This document shows positions 8,604 through 17,544 of a stretch of 43,101 bases of DNA, piece after piece (within the stretch, counting starts at the first letter, position 1; each line of letters begins with the position of its first letter). The notes beneath the pieces were generated by a model, which was not told the origin of the DNA, made no database searches, and saw nothing but the letters and a program-made list of their open reading frames with translations. Origin of the DNA: Campylobacterota bacterium (GTDB lineage Bacteria > Campylobacterota > Campylobacteria > Campylobacterales > Sulfurovaceae); contig JAYEOM010000059.1 in the NCBI GenBank assembly GCA_034722955.1, positions 1 to 43,101 on the forward strand. Reading direction: 5' to 3'. A program made the translations under genes and the position numbers.

Positions 8604-9692
8604 ATGAGAAGAAGAGATTTTATCACTGCTGCAACCATCGGAGCTACAACTTTAGCTTTGACAGGTTGTCGCCGAGCCCAAGAGAGTGGTTCGGTCAACA
8701 TAAACAGAGGCAAAAAAGTCAAACTCAAATTGGCAACCTCATGGCCTGCTCATTTTCCTATCATGGGGACAGGTGTTGATGAGTTTGCTCTACGCTGTGG
8801 TGAGTTGAGTGGAGGAACACTTGAGATCAAAGTATTCCCCAAAAATATACTTGTGCCAGCTCTGCAAGTCTTTGATGCAACATCTGCCTCTCAGATCGAT
8901 GCATTTCACTCTGGTGTCTACTACTGGAAGGGCAAAAACTCTGCATTCTCTATATTTGGCGGTATGCCACTGGGGTTGACTAGTGAAGAGATGATCACTT
9001 GGATGAAATTTGGTGGTGGATATGATCTATGGCGTGAACTATATGCCAAGTTCAATCTCTATCCATTGATAGGAGGTACAACGGGACCTCAGATGGGCGG
9101 ATGGTTCAAAAAAGAGATCAATACCCTAGATGATCTCAAGGGACTCAAGATGCGTATACCTGGACTTGGTGGAGAGGTTATGCAAAAGTTGGGAGTCAAT
9201 CCAGTACTCTTGCCTGCCGGAGAGATATACACTTCACTAGAGAGAGGAACCATAGATGCTACTGAGTGGGTCGGTCCCTATCTGGACAAGATGATGGGCT
9301 TTGACAAAGCAGCATCCTACTACTACACAGGGTGGCATGAGCCAGGCTCTATCTTAGAAGTCACCTTCAACAAAGCACGATGGGAGAGACTCAGCTCGGA
9401 GCATCAAGCTATCATCACTACTGCCACAGAGGAGATGACAAGCAACATGCTCCAAGAGTTCAGATACAAAAATGCAAAAGCCCTACAAGAGCTATCGAAA
9501 GATATAAAGATCAAGAGCTTTCCCAAAGAGATCATGGATGCTGCCAAAGTATCTCTCAAAGAGGTGTTGAGTGATGAGAGTACCAAGAGCAAAGATTTCA
9601 AAAAAGTCTTAGCGAGCTATGAGGATTTTTATAAGCTCAACAAGCCTTGGGATGATATCTCAGCGAGAAATTTTCTGGAGATTAGGAGCTGA
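8604..9692 (+). CDS. dctP: TRAP transporter substrate-binding protein (TakP-like), Tat-exported lipoprotein
   Basis: MRRRDFI twin-arginine signal, LTGC lipobox, DLKGLKMRIPG, LERGTIDATEWVGP. Confidence 0.9.
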   Translation: MRRRDFITAATIGATTLALTGCRRAQESGSVNINRGKKVKLKLATSWPAHFPIMGTGVDEFALRCGELSGGTLEIKVFPKNILVPALQVFDATSASQIDAFHSGVYYWKGKNSAFSIFGGMPLGLTSEEMITWMKFGGGYDLWRELYAKFNLYPLIGGTTGPQMGGWFKKEINTLDDLKGLKMRIPGLGGEVMQKLGVNPVLLPAGEIYTSLERGTIDATEWVGPYLDKMMGFDKAASYYYTGWHEPGSILEVTFNKARWERLSSEHQAIITTATEEMTSNMLQEFRYKNAKALQELSKDIKIKSFPKEIMDAAKVSLKEVLSDESTKSKDFKKVLASYEDFYKLNKPWDDISARNFLEIRS

Positions 9693-9805
9693 TCCTCCCT
9701 CCTTTACCCTGCCAGTTTTTATTCCCGATAAAATATAGCAAGAGCAGTATAGAGTTATAAGAGTAATAATGTACAATATAAAAAATACAACCAAGGCTAT
9801 TTATA

Positions 9806-10786
9806 ATGTTTGCTAGATTTAGAAGAAAACGAATCAACCCTACCCTCAGAAATTTATTGCAAGAGAGACACCTCAGTGTCGATGACTTTATCTATCCACT
9901 CTTTGCTAGAGCAGGGGAGGAGATCAAGGATGAAGTGACTTCGATGCCTGGTGTCTATCAGATGAGTATCGATGAGATCATCAAAGAGTGTGATGCACTC
10001 AAAGAGTTGGGTATCTACTCTATTATCCTATTTGGTATTCCAGATATCAAAGATAGTGTCGGCTCTGATGCCATGTGTGACCATGGGATCATCGCTACTA
10101 CTATCCGAGCAGTCAAAGAGGCACACCCCGATATGTTTGTCACTACTGATCTCTGCTTTTGTGAATATACCGATCATGGGCATTGTGGTGTACTCGATCC
10201 TATACTAGAAACTGTAGAGAATGATATCACACTTGATAACTTAGCACAACAAGCGATCATACATGCCAAAGCAGGTGCAGATATGATCGCCCCTAGCGGG
10301 ATGATGGATGGGATGATCACTGCTATACGCAATGGATTGGATAGTGCAGGTTATGAGAGTATCCCCATCATGAGCTACTCTAGCAAATTTGCTTCAGCTT
10401 ACTATGGGCCATTTCGTGATGTTGCAGAGTCTAGTCCTAGTTTTGGCGATAGACGAAGCTACCAGATGAATCCTGCCAACCGCCAAGAGGCGATACTAGA
10501 GAGTATCGAAGATGAGAGAGAGGGGGCTGACATCTTGATGGTTAAGCCGGCTCTAGCCTATCTCGACATCATACGAGATGTCAAAGAGAACACCAATCTG
10601 CCCCTAGCCTGCTACAATGTATCAGGTGAATACTCTATGCTCAAGATGGCAGCCAAAGCCGGTGTCATAGAGTATGATAGAGTTATGATGGAGACACTCA
10701 TGGCATTCAAGCGTGCCGGAGCAGATATCATCATAACTTACCATGCCAAAGAGGCAGCTATACTCTTAGGAGGAGATCACTCATAA
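9806..10786 (+). CDS. hemB: Porphobilinogen synthase (Zn-dependent)
   Basis: DLCFCEYTDHGHCG, APSGMMDG, YGPFRD, GADILMVKPA. Confidence 0.97.
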   Translation: MFARFRRKRINPTLRNLLQERHLSVDDFIYPLFARAGEEIKDEVTSMPGVYQMSIDEIIKECDALKELGIYSIILFGIPDIKDSVGSDAMCDHGIIATTIRAVKEAHPDMFVTTDLCFCEYTDHGHCGVLDPILETVENDITLDNLAQQAIIHAKAGADMIAPSGMMDGMITAIRNGLDSAGYESIPIMSYSSKFASAYYGPFRDVAESSPSFGDRRSYQMNPANRQEAILESIEDEREGADILMVKPALAYLDIIRDVKENTNLPLACYNVSGEYSMLKMAAKAGVIEYDRVMMETLMAFKRAGADIIITYHAKEAAILLGGDHS

Positions 10787-11691
10787 GAGAGTGCAAAACT
10801 CTTATAAAATGCCATCATCTCCTCTTGGGCCTGCTCTATCCCTATAGGTTCAAACTTCACAGATGAGCCGATAGATACTTGAGCTAGCCAGAAACAATCT
10901 ATGGGCAAAATAGTACCGATCTTGGGATACCCACCAATCGTCTGCCGCTCCTTGAGTAGAACTATCGGCACTCCATCTTTGGGTATTTGAACCGATCCAA
11001 ATGCTATCGCTTCGGAGATGATACCTCCTTGAGTCGGGGCGATAGGTGGGCCTTTGAGTCTGTACCCCATCCTGTCACTCTGGAGTGTGACCTCATAGCT
11101 AGAGGAGAAAAACTCCTCTCTCTCCTCTAGGCTAAAATACTCCTCCTGGTAACTAAGTAAAATACGCAGTGAGATACTCTCTCTATAGTCAGGTATATAG
11201 CTCTCTTTTACTCTAAAGATCGCATGAGTGCTAGAGTGAGGATCAAAAGGCAACAGATCTCCCTTTTGCACTCTTGAGCCGATACCTTCTCTCAGAGTAG
11301 TTGAGTAGCTGCCCCGTTTTTTCTCTACGGCAAATCCCCCCTTGACTGACAGATAAACTCTCTCTCCCGATATCCGCCTATCAAATGACAAAATATCCCC
11401 TGCTTGGATCATATATGTTTGCCAGATCGGCTGAGGTATACCATTGAGTTTGAACTCCAGATCAGCACCACAGAGTGATATCTGTGTGGGTAAAGTTGCT
11501 TTGAGTTTGACTCCTGCCATGATCTCTAGGGCATTGCTGTTTTGATCATTTAGCAGTTTTTGACTCCACCTGTATGCATACTCATCCATCACTCCCGACT
11601 GAGCGACTCCTAAATGCATAGAACCAAACCTCCCTAGATCTTGAACTGTCGTAAATATACCACCACTCAATACTTCAAATCCCAATCTCAA
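10777..11691 (-). CDS. pxpC: 5-oxoprolinase subunit C (KipA/AHS2 family)
   Basis: TTVQDLGRFG, SDRMGYRL, QTIGGYPKIG; in operon with pxpB/pxpA. Confidence 0.9.
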   Translation of the reverse strand: MRLGFEVLSGGIFTTVQDLGRFGSMHLGVAQSGVMDEYAYRWSQKLLNDQNSNALEIMAGVKLKATLPTQISLCGADLEFKLNGIPQPIWQTYMIQAGDILSFDRRISGERVYLSVKGGFAVEKKRGSYSTTLREGIGSRVQKGDLLPFDPHSSTHAIFRVKESYIPDYRESISLRILLSYQEEYFSLEEREEFFSSSYEVTLQSDRMGYRLKGPPIAPTQGGIISEAIAFGSVQIPKDGVPIVLLKERQTIGGYPKIGTILPIDCFWLAQVSIGSSVKFEPIGIEQAQEEMMAFYKSFALSYE

Positions 11692-11697
11692 ACTCCA

Positions 11698-12309
11698 TCA
11701 TATCCTCACGAACTCTACAGTGTCACCGACACTGAAATGCTCAAAATCATCAAACTCTGTCTGACCAATGATATTCCACCCGCCTGCTGAGTCTTGAGGA
11801 TAGATCGCTGTTTGACTATCTGCTATGGCTACACTGCCTTTGGGGACTTTGGCTCTAGGCGTGGAGAGTCTGGGAGTTGCTATCTTTTCGTTGACACTAG
11901 CTAAAAAAGCAAAACCCACCATAAAACCTATAGCATAGACACGGTAGATCGTTTGAGTATGCAGCAAGATAACCTCTTCAACTGTCAGCTGATTTGACTC
12001 TGCTACCCTCTCCAAATCCAAGCCATCATCATAAGATGTCGGTATTTTGATCAGTCTGCTCTCTTTGGTTGTGGTCGTGCTTTGATGAGTTGAGAGTTGC
12101 TTTTTGATCGCTTCTTGAATCGATCGATAGTTATAGAGGGAGAGGTCATACTGTATAAGTATTGAGCTATAGGAGGGAACCATATCTATCACCCCATCCA
12201 ACTGCTTCAGGGTACTGTAGCTATCCTGAACCCTCTCCAAAACATCTCCGGAGATGATCTGCTCAAAATAGAGCATAACCGAATCAACCGAAACTATTTT
12301 AATATTCAT
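11698..12309 (-). CDS. pxpB: 5-oxoprolinase subunit B (KipI/AHS1 family)
   Basis: VPSYSS, GFMVGFAFL, PRAKVPKGSVAIA, IYPQDSAGGWNIIG. Confidence 0.9.
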   Translation of the reverse strand: MNIKIVSVDSVMLYFEQIISGDVLERVQDSYSTLKQLDGVIDMVPSYSSILIQYDLSLYNYRSIQEAIKKQLSTHQSTTTTKESRLIKIPTSYDDGLDLERVAESNQLTVEEVILLHTQTIYRVYAIGFMVGFAFLASVNEKIATPRLSTPRAKVPKGSVAIADSQTAIYPQDSAGGWNIIGQTEFDDFEHFSVGDTVEFVRI

Positions 12310-13039
12310 TTTTTAACTTATGCAGTGATCTGATGAGTTCTACTGCTGTCGCATTATCACCATGCACACAGATAGTATCTGCTTTGAGATAGAGCTTTTT
12401 GCCGGAGATAGTCTCTATAGCTCCTTGGTCAAGAAGAAGCTTCACCCGTCTCATCATCTCCTCTCTATCACTGATAATAGCACCCTGTTGAGTGCGTGGC
12501 ACCAGAAACCCCTCATCTGTATATGCCCTATCTGCAAAGACTTCATAGAGCAGTGATATGCCATACTTTTGAGCTATCTTCTCATAGTGATCATTTTTGG
12601 TCGAGGAGAGTATCATCAGCTTGATGGAGGAGTCATACTTTGAGATCGCTTTGGCTATCGCCTTGAAGATCTCCATCTCTTTCATCATGCTGTTATACAA
12701 CGCTCCGTGAGGTTTGAGGTAGTCTACTTTTGTATCATAACTCTGACACAGTACCTCAAGCGCCCCTAGCTGATAGAGAACAAATGAGACGATCTCTTCA
12801 CTGCTGCAAACAATCTCACGCCGACCAAACCCTACTAGATCAGGATAAGAGGGGTGTGCCCCGATCTCTACACCATGCTCTTTTGCACTTCTGATACTTC
12901 GGTGCATCGTCACGGGGTCTGATGCGTGAAAACCGCAAGCGAGATTTGCCATATCTATATAGGGCATGATCTCTTCATCCATCCCCATCTTGTAGACACC
13001 AAAGCTCTCGCCCATGTCGCAGTTGAGTTTTATGAACAT
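12299..13039 (-). CDS. pxpA: 5-oxoprolinase subunit A (LamB/YcsF)
   Basis: LNCDMGESFG, ANLACGFHA, KPHGALYN, ICVHGD. Confidence 0.95.
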   Translation of the reverse strand: MFIKLNCDMGESFGVYKMGMDEEIMPYIDMANLACGFHASDPVTMHRSIRSAKEHGVEIGAHPSYPDLVGFGRREIVCSSEEIVSFVLYQLGALEVLCQSYDTKVDYLKPHGALYNSMMKEMEIFKAIAKAISKYDSSIKLMILSSTKNDHYEKIAQKYGISLLYEVFADRAYTDEGFLVPRTQQGAIISDREEMMRRVKLLLDQGAIETISGKKLYLKADTICVHGDNATAVELIRSLHKLKNEY

Positions 13040-13056
13040 TGCTTAACCTGCAAATA

Positions 13057-13620
13057 TCAACAGAACTCAGATAGAGTACCGACCTTGACCGCCTCATAAC
13101 TCTCTTCACCCACGAGTCTCCTGACGATCTCCAATCCAAAGCAGATGGCAGTACCAGGTCCACGAGATGTCATCACGGTACCATCTATCACTACTCTCTC
13201 TTGGTCAGTATACCCCTCATCACGGATCTTCTCTTCAACAGAGGGATAACATGTATAGTTGGTATTGAGTACATCTGCTACATGGAGTGCGTATGGAGCA
13301 GCACACATAGCACCTACAAGCTTGCCTCTATCTTTGAACTCTTTGAGTAGACTCTGAACCCTCTGGTTTTCAGCCAAATGGTTGGTGCCATCCCATCCGC
13401 CAGGCAGAACAATCATATCAAAATCATCAGTTATTATATTTTTGATAGAGGTATCTGCCTGAATCGTGATGCCATTGGCTCCTGTGACCAAGTCTGTAGC
13501 GAACTCACCATCCAGATATGCTGTACGCACCTCTAATCCACCTCTACGCATGATGTCTATCAGAGAGACTGCCTCTATCTCTTCATATCCCTCAGCTAGA
13601 GGAATCAATACACTCGCCAT
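13057..13620 (-). CDS. DJ-1/ThiJ/YajL family protein
   Basis: GYEEIEA, LPGG, AMCAAP, TSRGPGT. Confidence 0.92.
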   Translation of the reverse strand: MASVLIPLAEGYEEIEAVSLIDIMRRGGLEVRTAYLDGEFATDLVTGANGITIQADTSIKNIITDDFDMIVLPGGWDGTNHLAENQRVQSLLKEFKDRGKLVGAMCAAPYALHVADVLNTNYTCYPSVEEKIRDEGYTDQERVVIDGTVMTSRGPGTAICFGLEIVRRLVGEESYEAVKVGTLSEFC

Positions 13621-13732
13621 ATAGAACTCCTTTAAATATTTAAGCTAAGTATACAGAAAAATTTAGATTTATCCAATAGTTTTAATCTCATGATATAATA
13701 CTTAATTCGGGTTAAAATCAAAAAGGAGTCCT

Positions 13733-14632
13733 ATGACCAGAGAGAAGCCTCTACGCATACTACATTTTAGTGATATTCATATCGATATACAGATTCGCCA
13801 TATGCATTGGAAAAAGTGGTTTAGCAAACGAGCGATCGGTGCGATCAATCTATTCAGGGGACGATCAAAGTATTTCGACAATGCTCAGATCAAGATGGAA
13901 GCCTTGGTGCGATTCAAAGAGGAGAGTGATATCGATCTCGTGATCAATACCGGAGACTATACGGCTCTAGGATTAGAACAAGAGCTAGAGATTGCCAAAG
14001 GGCTTGTAGCACCCATGATGCATCCTCCTCAGTGCTATATCACAGTTCCGGGGAACCATGATATATATGTACATGAGGGTTATAGTCATTATAGATTTTC
14101 TGAACAGTTTTGCTCAGTTTTGCAAAATGATCTTCCGGAGTATTGTCGTGGCGGACACTGGCCTCTAGTGAGACTAGTAGGAGATGACACAGCCGTAGTT
14201 GCAGTCAATAGTTCACGCCCCAATCTGCCCCCTTGGAGATCAAGCGGCTTGATACCGATCGCACAACTTCAAGCTCTAGATGAACTGCTCAAAGATGAAC
14301 TGCTCAAAGATCGTTTTATCTTCATCATCACACACTATGCACCACGCTTGGCAAATGGTCAGGATGATACCAAACTACACGGACTAGTCAATGCAGATAT
14401 GCTACTAAGGAGTTGCAAAGAGATAGATTCTGGAGCAATACTCTGTGGTCACATACACAAAGCTTATAGAGTAGAGATAGAGGAGATTAAGATACCTCTA
14501 TTCTGTGCCGGCAGTGCCACTATGGAGGGTCATGAGGGTGGCTGGATATATGAACTGAAAGAGGGAGACTTGAAGGCTTTTCCTCTCAAATGGAATGGAG
14601 AAGCCTACTATATAGAGTCTGCTCTAAATTGA
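13733..14632 (+). CDS. Metallophosphoesterase
   Basis: SDIH, TGD, PGNHD, CGHIH motifs; extended -10 tgatataat at ~13691. Confidence 0.9.
   Translation: MTREKPLRILHFSDIHIDIQIRHMHWKKWFSKRAIGAINLFRGRSKYFDNAQIKMEALVRFKEESDIDLVINTGDYTALGLEQELEIAKGLVAPMMHPPQCYITVPGNHDIYVHEGYSHYRFSEQFCSVLQNDLPEYCRGGHWPLVRLVGDDTAVVAVNSSRPNLPPWRSSGLIPIAQLQALDELLKDELLKDRFIFIITHYAPRLANGQDDTKLHGLVNADMLLRSCKEIDSGAILCGHIHKAYRVEIEEIKIPLFCAGSATMEGHEGGWIYELKEGDLKAFPLKWNGEAYYIESALN
14278..14311 (+). repeat. In-frame perfect 15-bp tandem duplication (DELLK x2)
   Basis: agatgaactgctcaa repeated twice, followed by agat. Confidence 0.85.
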
Positions 14633-14654
14633 CTGGTAGAGGATTTGTATTAAC

Positions 14655-15434
14655 ATGACAATAGAGAGACAAGATATAGAAGATTTAAGATATGCCAAAT
14701 CACTACTTGAGGGTGAAAGCTTTGCAATAAAAGCCACATCTATAATAGGTAAACCGATAGAGTTTGGCTTAGATAGCTTACCAGATGGAGCTAACAATCT
14801 CATCTCAACTGCAACAACAAAAGCCTTGAGTGTTTCACTCAAGGCTGCCGTGACAACTATGTCCAAAAAACCATCAACCTCTTCATGGGACAAGTTGCAT
14901 AAACTAGCTTGTGCAACGACAGGAGGTGCTGGCGGTTTTTTTGGTCTCTCAGCATTGGCTATAGAGCTTCCATGTTCTACAACTATTATGTTAAGATCGA
15001 TCGCTGATATTGCTCGCTCTGAAGGTGCTCTGATCACTTCTACGGAGATAGAGTTGGAGTGTGTCTCTATATTTGCTCTTGGCGGACCATCCCCAGATGA
15101 CGATGCAGCTGAAAGTGGTTATTATGCCATAAGAGCGGCTCTCTCTGAAGCTGTAACAAATGCTGCAAATTATATAGCCAAAGAGGGATTAAAAAAAGAG
15201 GGTGCCCCTATAATTGTGAAGCTTATAGCAGAGATAGCCTCTAGGTTTAGCGTACAAGTAAGTCAAAAAACTGTTGTGCAGGCTATACCAGTGATAGGTG
15301 CTGCTTCTGGAGCTTTGATCAATACGATATTTATCGATCATTTTCAAGATAAAGCACGAGGTCACTTTATAATCAGACGATTAGAGCGTAAATATAGTGT
15401 AGAGGCTATCAGAGAAGAGTATAAGAAAATATAG
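14655..15434 (+). CDS. EcsC family protein
   Basis: GGAGGFFGL..LAIELP.STTIMLRSIADIARSEG; IPVIGAASGA. Confidence 0.88.
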   Translation: MTIERQDIEDLRYAKSLLEGESFAIKATSIIGKPIEFGLDSLPDGANNLISTATTKALSVSLKAAVTTMSKKPSTSSWDKLHKLACATTGGAGGFFGLSALAIELPCSTTIMLRSIADIARSEGALITSTEIELECVSIFALGGPSPDDDAAESGYYAIRAALSEAVTNAANYIAKEGLKKEGAPIIVKLIAEIASRFSVQVSQKTVVQAIPVIGAASGALINTIFIDHFQDKARGHFIIRRLERKYSVEAIREEYKKI

Positions 15435-15495
15435 CGGATAAGAGCTAAATCAAACAAGCAGTAAGGCTACCCCAAGGAGCTAACTCTCAAGCTAA

Positions 15496-15678
15496 TTACT
15501 TCTTTTTAGCTTTTTTCTTAGCAGCTTTTTTCTTAGCGACTTTCTTTTTCGCAACTTTTTTCTTGGCGGCCTTTTTCTTTGGAGACTTTTTCTTTGGAGA
15601 CTTTTTCGCAGCTTTTTTCTTAGCTGCCTTTTTTGCTTCTAATCTCTTTTTAGCTTTTTTCTTGAGTTCTTTTGCCAT
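15496..15678 (-). CDS. Small Lys/Ala-rich histone H1-like protein
   Basis: 60 aa of KKAAK/KKVAK repeats with two SPKK motifs; SD aaagga; strong promoter upstream. Confidence 0.75.
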   Translation of the reverse strand: MAKELKKKAKKRLEAKKAAKKKAAKKSPKKKSPKKKAAKKKVAKKKVAKKKAAKKKAKKK

Positions 15679-15738
15679 ACTAATCCTTTTTGGCTGTGAA
15701 TTTATTTATTATCTAACTAATAGTAATAAATTATAGGT

Positions 15739-15767
15739 ATTCTACACTTTTTATACAAATATGTCAA
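15739..15767 (-). promoter_or_regulatory. sigma70 promoter TTGACA-N17-TAGAAT
   Basis: Minus strand -35 at 15767-15762, -10 at 15744-15739, spacer exactly 17 nt. Confidence 0.7.
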
Positions 15768-15855
15768 GCATATTTCTATATATTGGCAATATTTTATGGT
15801 TTTTAGATAGAATTTTAGCTATATACTAAGGCCACCTCAAATAGAAAGAAGTGAT

Positions 15856-16152
15856 ATGACATTTATAGATTTCAAAAAGCTACTATTGGATGCAGAGATC
15901 ACACTGCCAAAGTTTAGTAAGCTAATCGAAGTGAGCGAAAAAAATCTCCAAGCATATAAGAAAAAAGGTACTGTGCCCAACACTATAGCTGTCATCGCAA
16001 CTTGCTTTGTCAAGCTACATCAAAATGGTGAAGACTATAGGGCTCTTATCACCGCACTCGACCTCCAAGCCAAAACAAAGAAGGGTGCAGGCTTTGCTAA
16101 AAAAGAAGATAGTAAAGAGAAAGGGAAAGAGAAGAGAGAGAAGTCTCCATAA
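15856..16152 (+). CDS. Small XRE-like helix-turn-helix protein
   Basis: FKKLL..AEITLPKFSKLIEVSEKNLQAYKKKG.VP HTH-like pattern; charged tail. Confidence 0.6.
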   Translation: MTFIDFKKLLLDAEITLPKFSKLIEVSEKNLQAYKKKGTVPNTIAVIATCFVKLHQNGEDYRALITALDLQAKTKKGAGFAKKEDSKEKGKEKREKSP

Positions 16153-16200
16153 ATACACTCTTCAAGCGCTCATAAAGAGATAAAAAGGTATCAAGTGAAT

Positions 16201-16250
16201 GTAGTGGTGCTTTAGCTCCACCTGATGGCTGAGGCTAAAGCCACAGCTCC
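16201..16250. repeat. REP-like doublet (GTAG/GGAG-headed, GCTTTAGC/GCTAAAGC core)
   Basis: gtagtggtgctttagctccacc...gaggctaaagccacagctcc; second copy at 841-890. Confidence 0.65.
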
Positions 16251-16280
16251 TATTGGACTCTATTTTTTGCTTATTTCATT

Positions 16281-16306
16281 GGCATTGCGGAGACCGTGGG
16301 AACGAG
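16281..16306. repeat. Truncated REP-like unit (cggagaccgtgggaacgag)
   Basis: GC-rich patch in AT-rich DNA resembling half of the CATTCCCACG..CGTGGGAACG REP type; recognition from memory only. Confidence 0.4.
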
Positions 16307-16329
16307 CAAAGTTTCTTTTTTTGATAGAT

Positions 16330-16538
16330 ATATTTAATCATATTCAAAATGTAAATGCGTATGATAGTAGACTAAAATCTTGGATGAAACATTTCAATGG
16401 AGTATCTACTAAATATCTTGAAAGTTATTTGGGTTGGATGCGTCTACTTGACAAAGATAAATCTATTACTCTTGAACAGTTATTAGGGGTAGTTTCTAGG
16501 AGGAATATGGTTTGTCAACCTTTAATGTAGACAGAGCC
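16330..16538 (+). mobile_element. IS1595-family transposase C-terminal remnant with right terminal repeat
   Basis: HIQNVNAYDSRLKSWMKHFNGVSTKYLESYLGW is the IS1595 (ISPna2-like) C-terminal motif; ends in ...taatgtagacagagcc. Confidence 0.8.
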
Positions 16539-16555
16539 TCTAATTTTCATAACTA

Positions 16556-16564
16556 TGCTATAAT
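16556..16564 (+). promoter_or_regulatory. Extended -10 promoter TGCTATAAT for the Uma2 gene
   Basis: Exact TGnTATAAT, the usual Campylobacterota promoter form. Confidence 0.6.
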
Positions 16565-16571
16565 AAAAAAA

Positions 16572-16654
16572 GGCTCTGTATACATTAGAGAGTGCCATAA
16601 ATTGTGGCTTTAGAAGAGTGAATTGTACTTTCAACCCTTAATGTATACAGAGCC
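16572..16654. mobile_element. 83-bp IS1595-derived MITE
   Basis: Perfect 16-bp TIR ggctctgtatacatta / taatgtatacagagcc; right end 22/24 identical to the IS end at 16515-16538; flanks taaaaaaa/taaaacag (6/8, possible decayed 8-bp TSD). Confidence 0.8.
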
Positions 16655-16679
16655 TAAAACAGAGACAAAAGGAGCTGGT

Positions 16680-17228
16680 ATGGGACTGTTGAAACAAGAG
16701 TATCTTCCCTGTTATACATATGATGATTATATTCAGTGGAAGGGGGATTGGGAGCTTGTGGAGGGGATTGCTTATGCGATGTCTCCATCACCTATGTTTA
16801 CCCATCAAGCACTATCTAGCCTATTTATACAAGCCATAGGTAAAAATTTGAAAGATTGTAAAAGCTGTATGGTAGTCTCTGAAATGGATTATAAGGTAGC
16901 TGATGATACTATCTTGCGTCCTGATATTACATTGGTTTGTGGACAAACAACAGGTTCTTATATCAAAAAAAGTCCTGAACTTATAGTAGAGATAGTCTCA
17001 AAGAGTAGTGCGACAAGAGATGAAAAAATAAAGTTTTCACTCTACCAAGCAGAAAAAGTCACCTACTATATACTTCTCTATCCCGAAGATCTAAAAGCCA
17101 AGATTTATGAGCTACAAAATGGAAAATATGAAAAAGTTATTGATCTGCTAGAGGGAAGTTTAGATTTTGAAAACCTAGAATGCCCTATCAATATTGACTT
17201 TGATTTTATCTTTGAGAGGTTTAGATAA
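16680..17228 (+). CDS. Uma2 family (PD-(D/E)XK-like) endonuclease
   Basis: YTYDDY..W.G.WEL..G...AMSPSP...HQ, RPD, PELIVEIVS; true start is probably ATG 16680 after aaggag. Confidence 0.88.
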   Translation: MGLLKQEYLPCYTYDDYIQWKGDWELVEGIAYAMSPSPMFTHQALSSLFIQAIGKNLKDCKSCMVVSEMDYKVADDTILRPDITLVCGQTTGSYIKKSPELIVEIVSKSSATRDEKIKFSLYQAEKVTYYILLYPEDLKAKIYELQNGKYEKVIDLLEGSLDFENLECPINIDFDFIFERFR

Positions 17229-17266
17229 CATCATAACCATGTATGTTGACCAAAATCCGATTAATC

Positions 17267-17287
17267 GTTTGGCAGTGCCAAACCTAC
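17267..17287 (-). repeat. GTAG-family REP
   Basis: Minus strand GTAG-GTTTGGCA-C-TGCCAAAC (perfect 8-bp arms); possible decayed partner at ~17241. Confidence 0.65.
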
Positions 17288-17300
17288 AAAATACTTTTTC

Positions 17301-17461
17301 TTTATTCTATTGTGTTCAAACATACTTTCATAAAAATTAGAGGCTGATTGTGCATAGCTGGTATCTGTGATGGACTGGGATGACTTAGAGTACAAATCTA
17401 CAGGCAGATACCAAAAAAGAGTAGTAACAAATAGTATGAGAAAAATGTTTTTTTGATACAT
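17301..17461 (-). pseudogene. Truncated duplicate of the 5' end of the adenosine deaminase gene
   Basis: MYQKNIFLILF...NFYESMFEHNR is near-identical to the N-terminus of 19741-21240, then diverges and stops at 17261. Confidence 0.85.
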
Positions 17462-17544
17462 TGCAACCCTCCCTGTTGGGAAGTGAAGCTGGAGAAGATG
17501 TCGCAGTGCAAATATTATATCAAAGCACTACAACTCATCATCTA
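17301..17544. repeat. Direct repeat copy A (copy B at 21080-21365)
   Basis: Nucleotide homology over the deaminase 5' end and upstream intergenic DNA; copy A is ~42 bp shorter. Confidence 0.85.

Noticed and set aside
16225..16530. 101-aa ORF as an intact gene
   Set aside because: Chimeric read-through: the N-terminus translates REP-like DNA and only the C-terminal part is transposase.
16623..16679. N-terminal extension of Uma2
   Set aside because: Starts inside the MITE; the SD precedes ATG 16680.
17470..17544. Repeated post-stop element as an integron attC site or purine riboswitch
   Set aside because: No RYYYAAC...GTTRRRY pair, no integrase and no purine aptamer core; substitutions between the copies are not compensatory.
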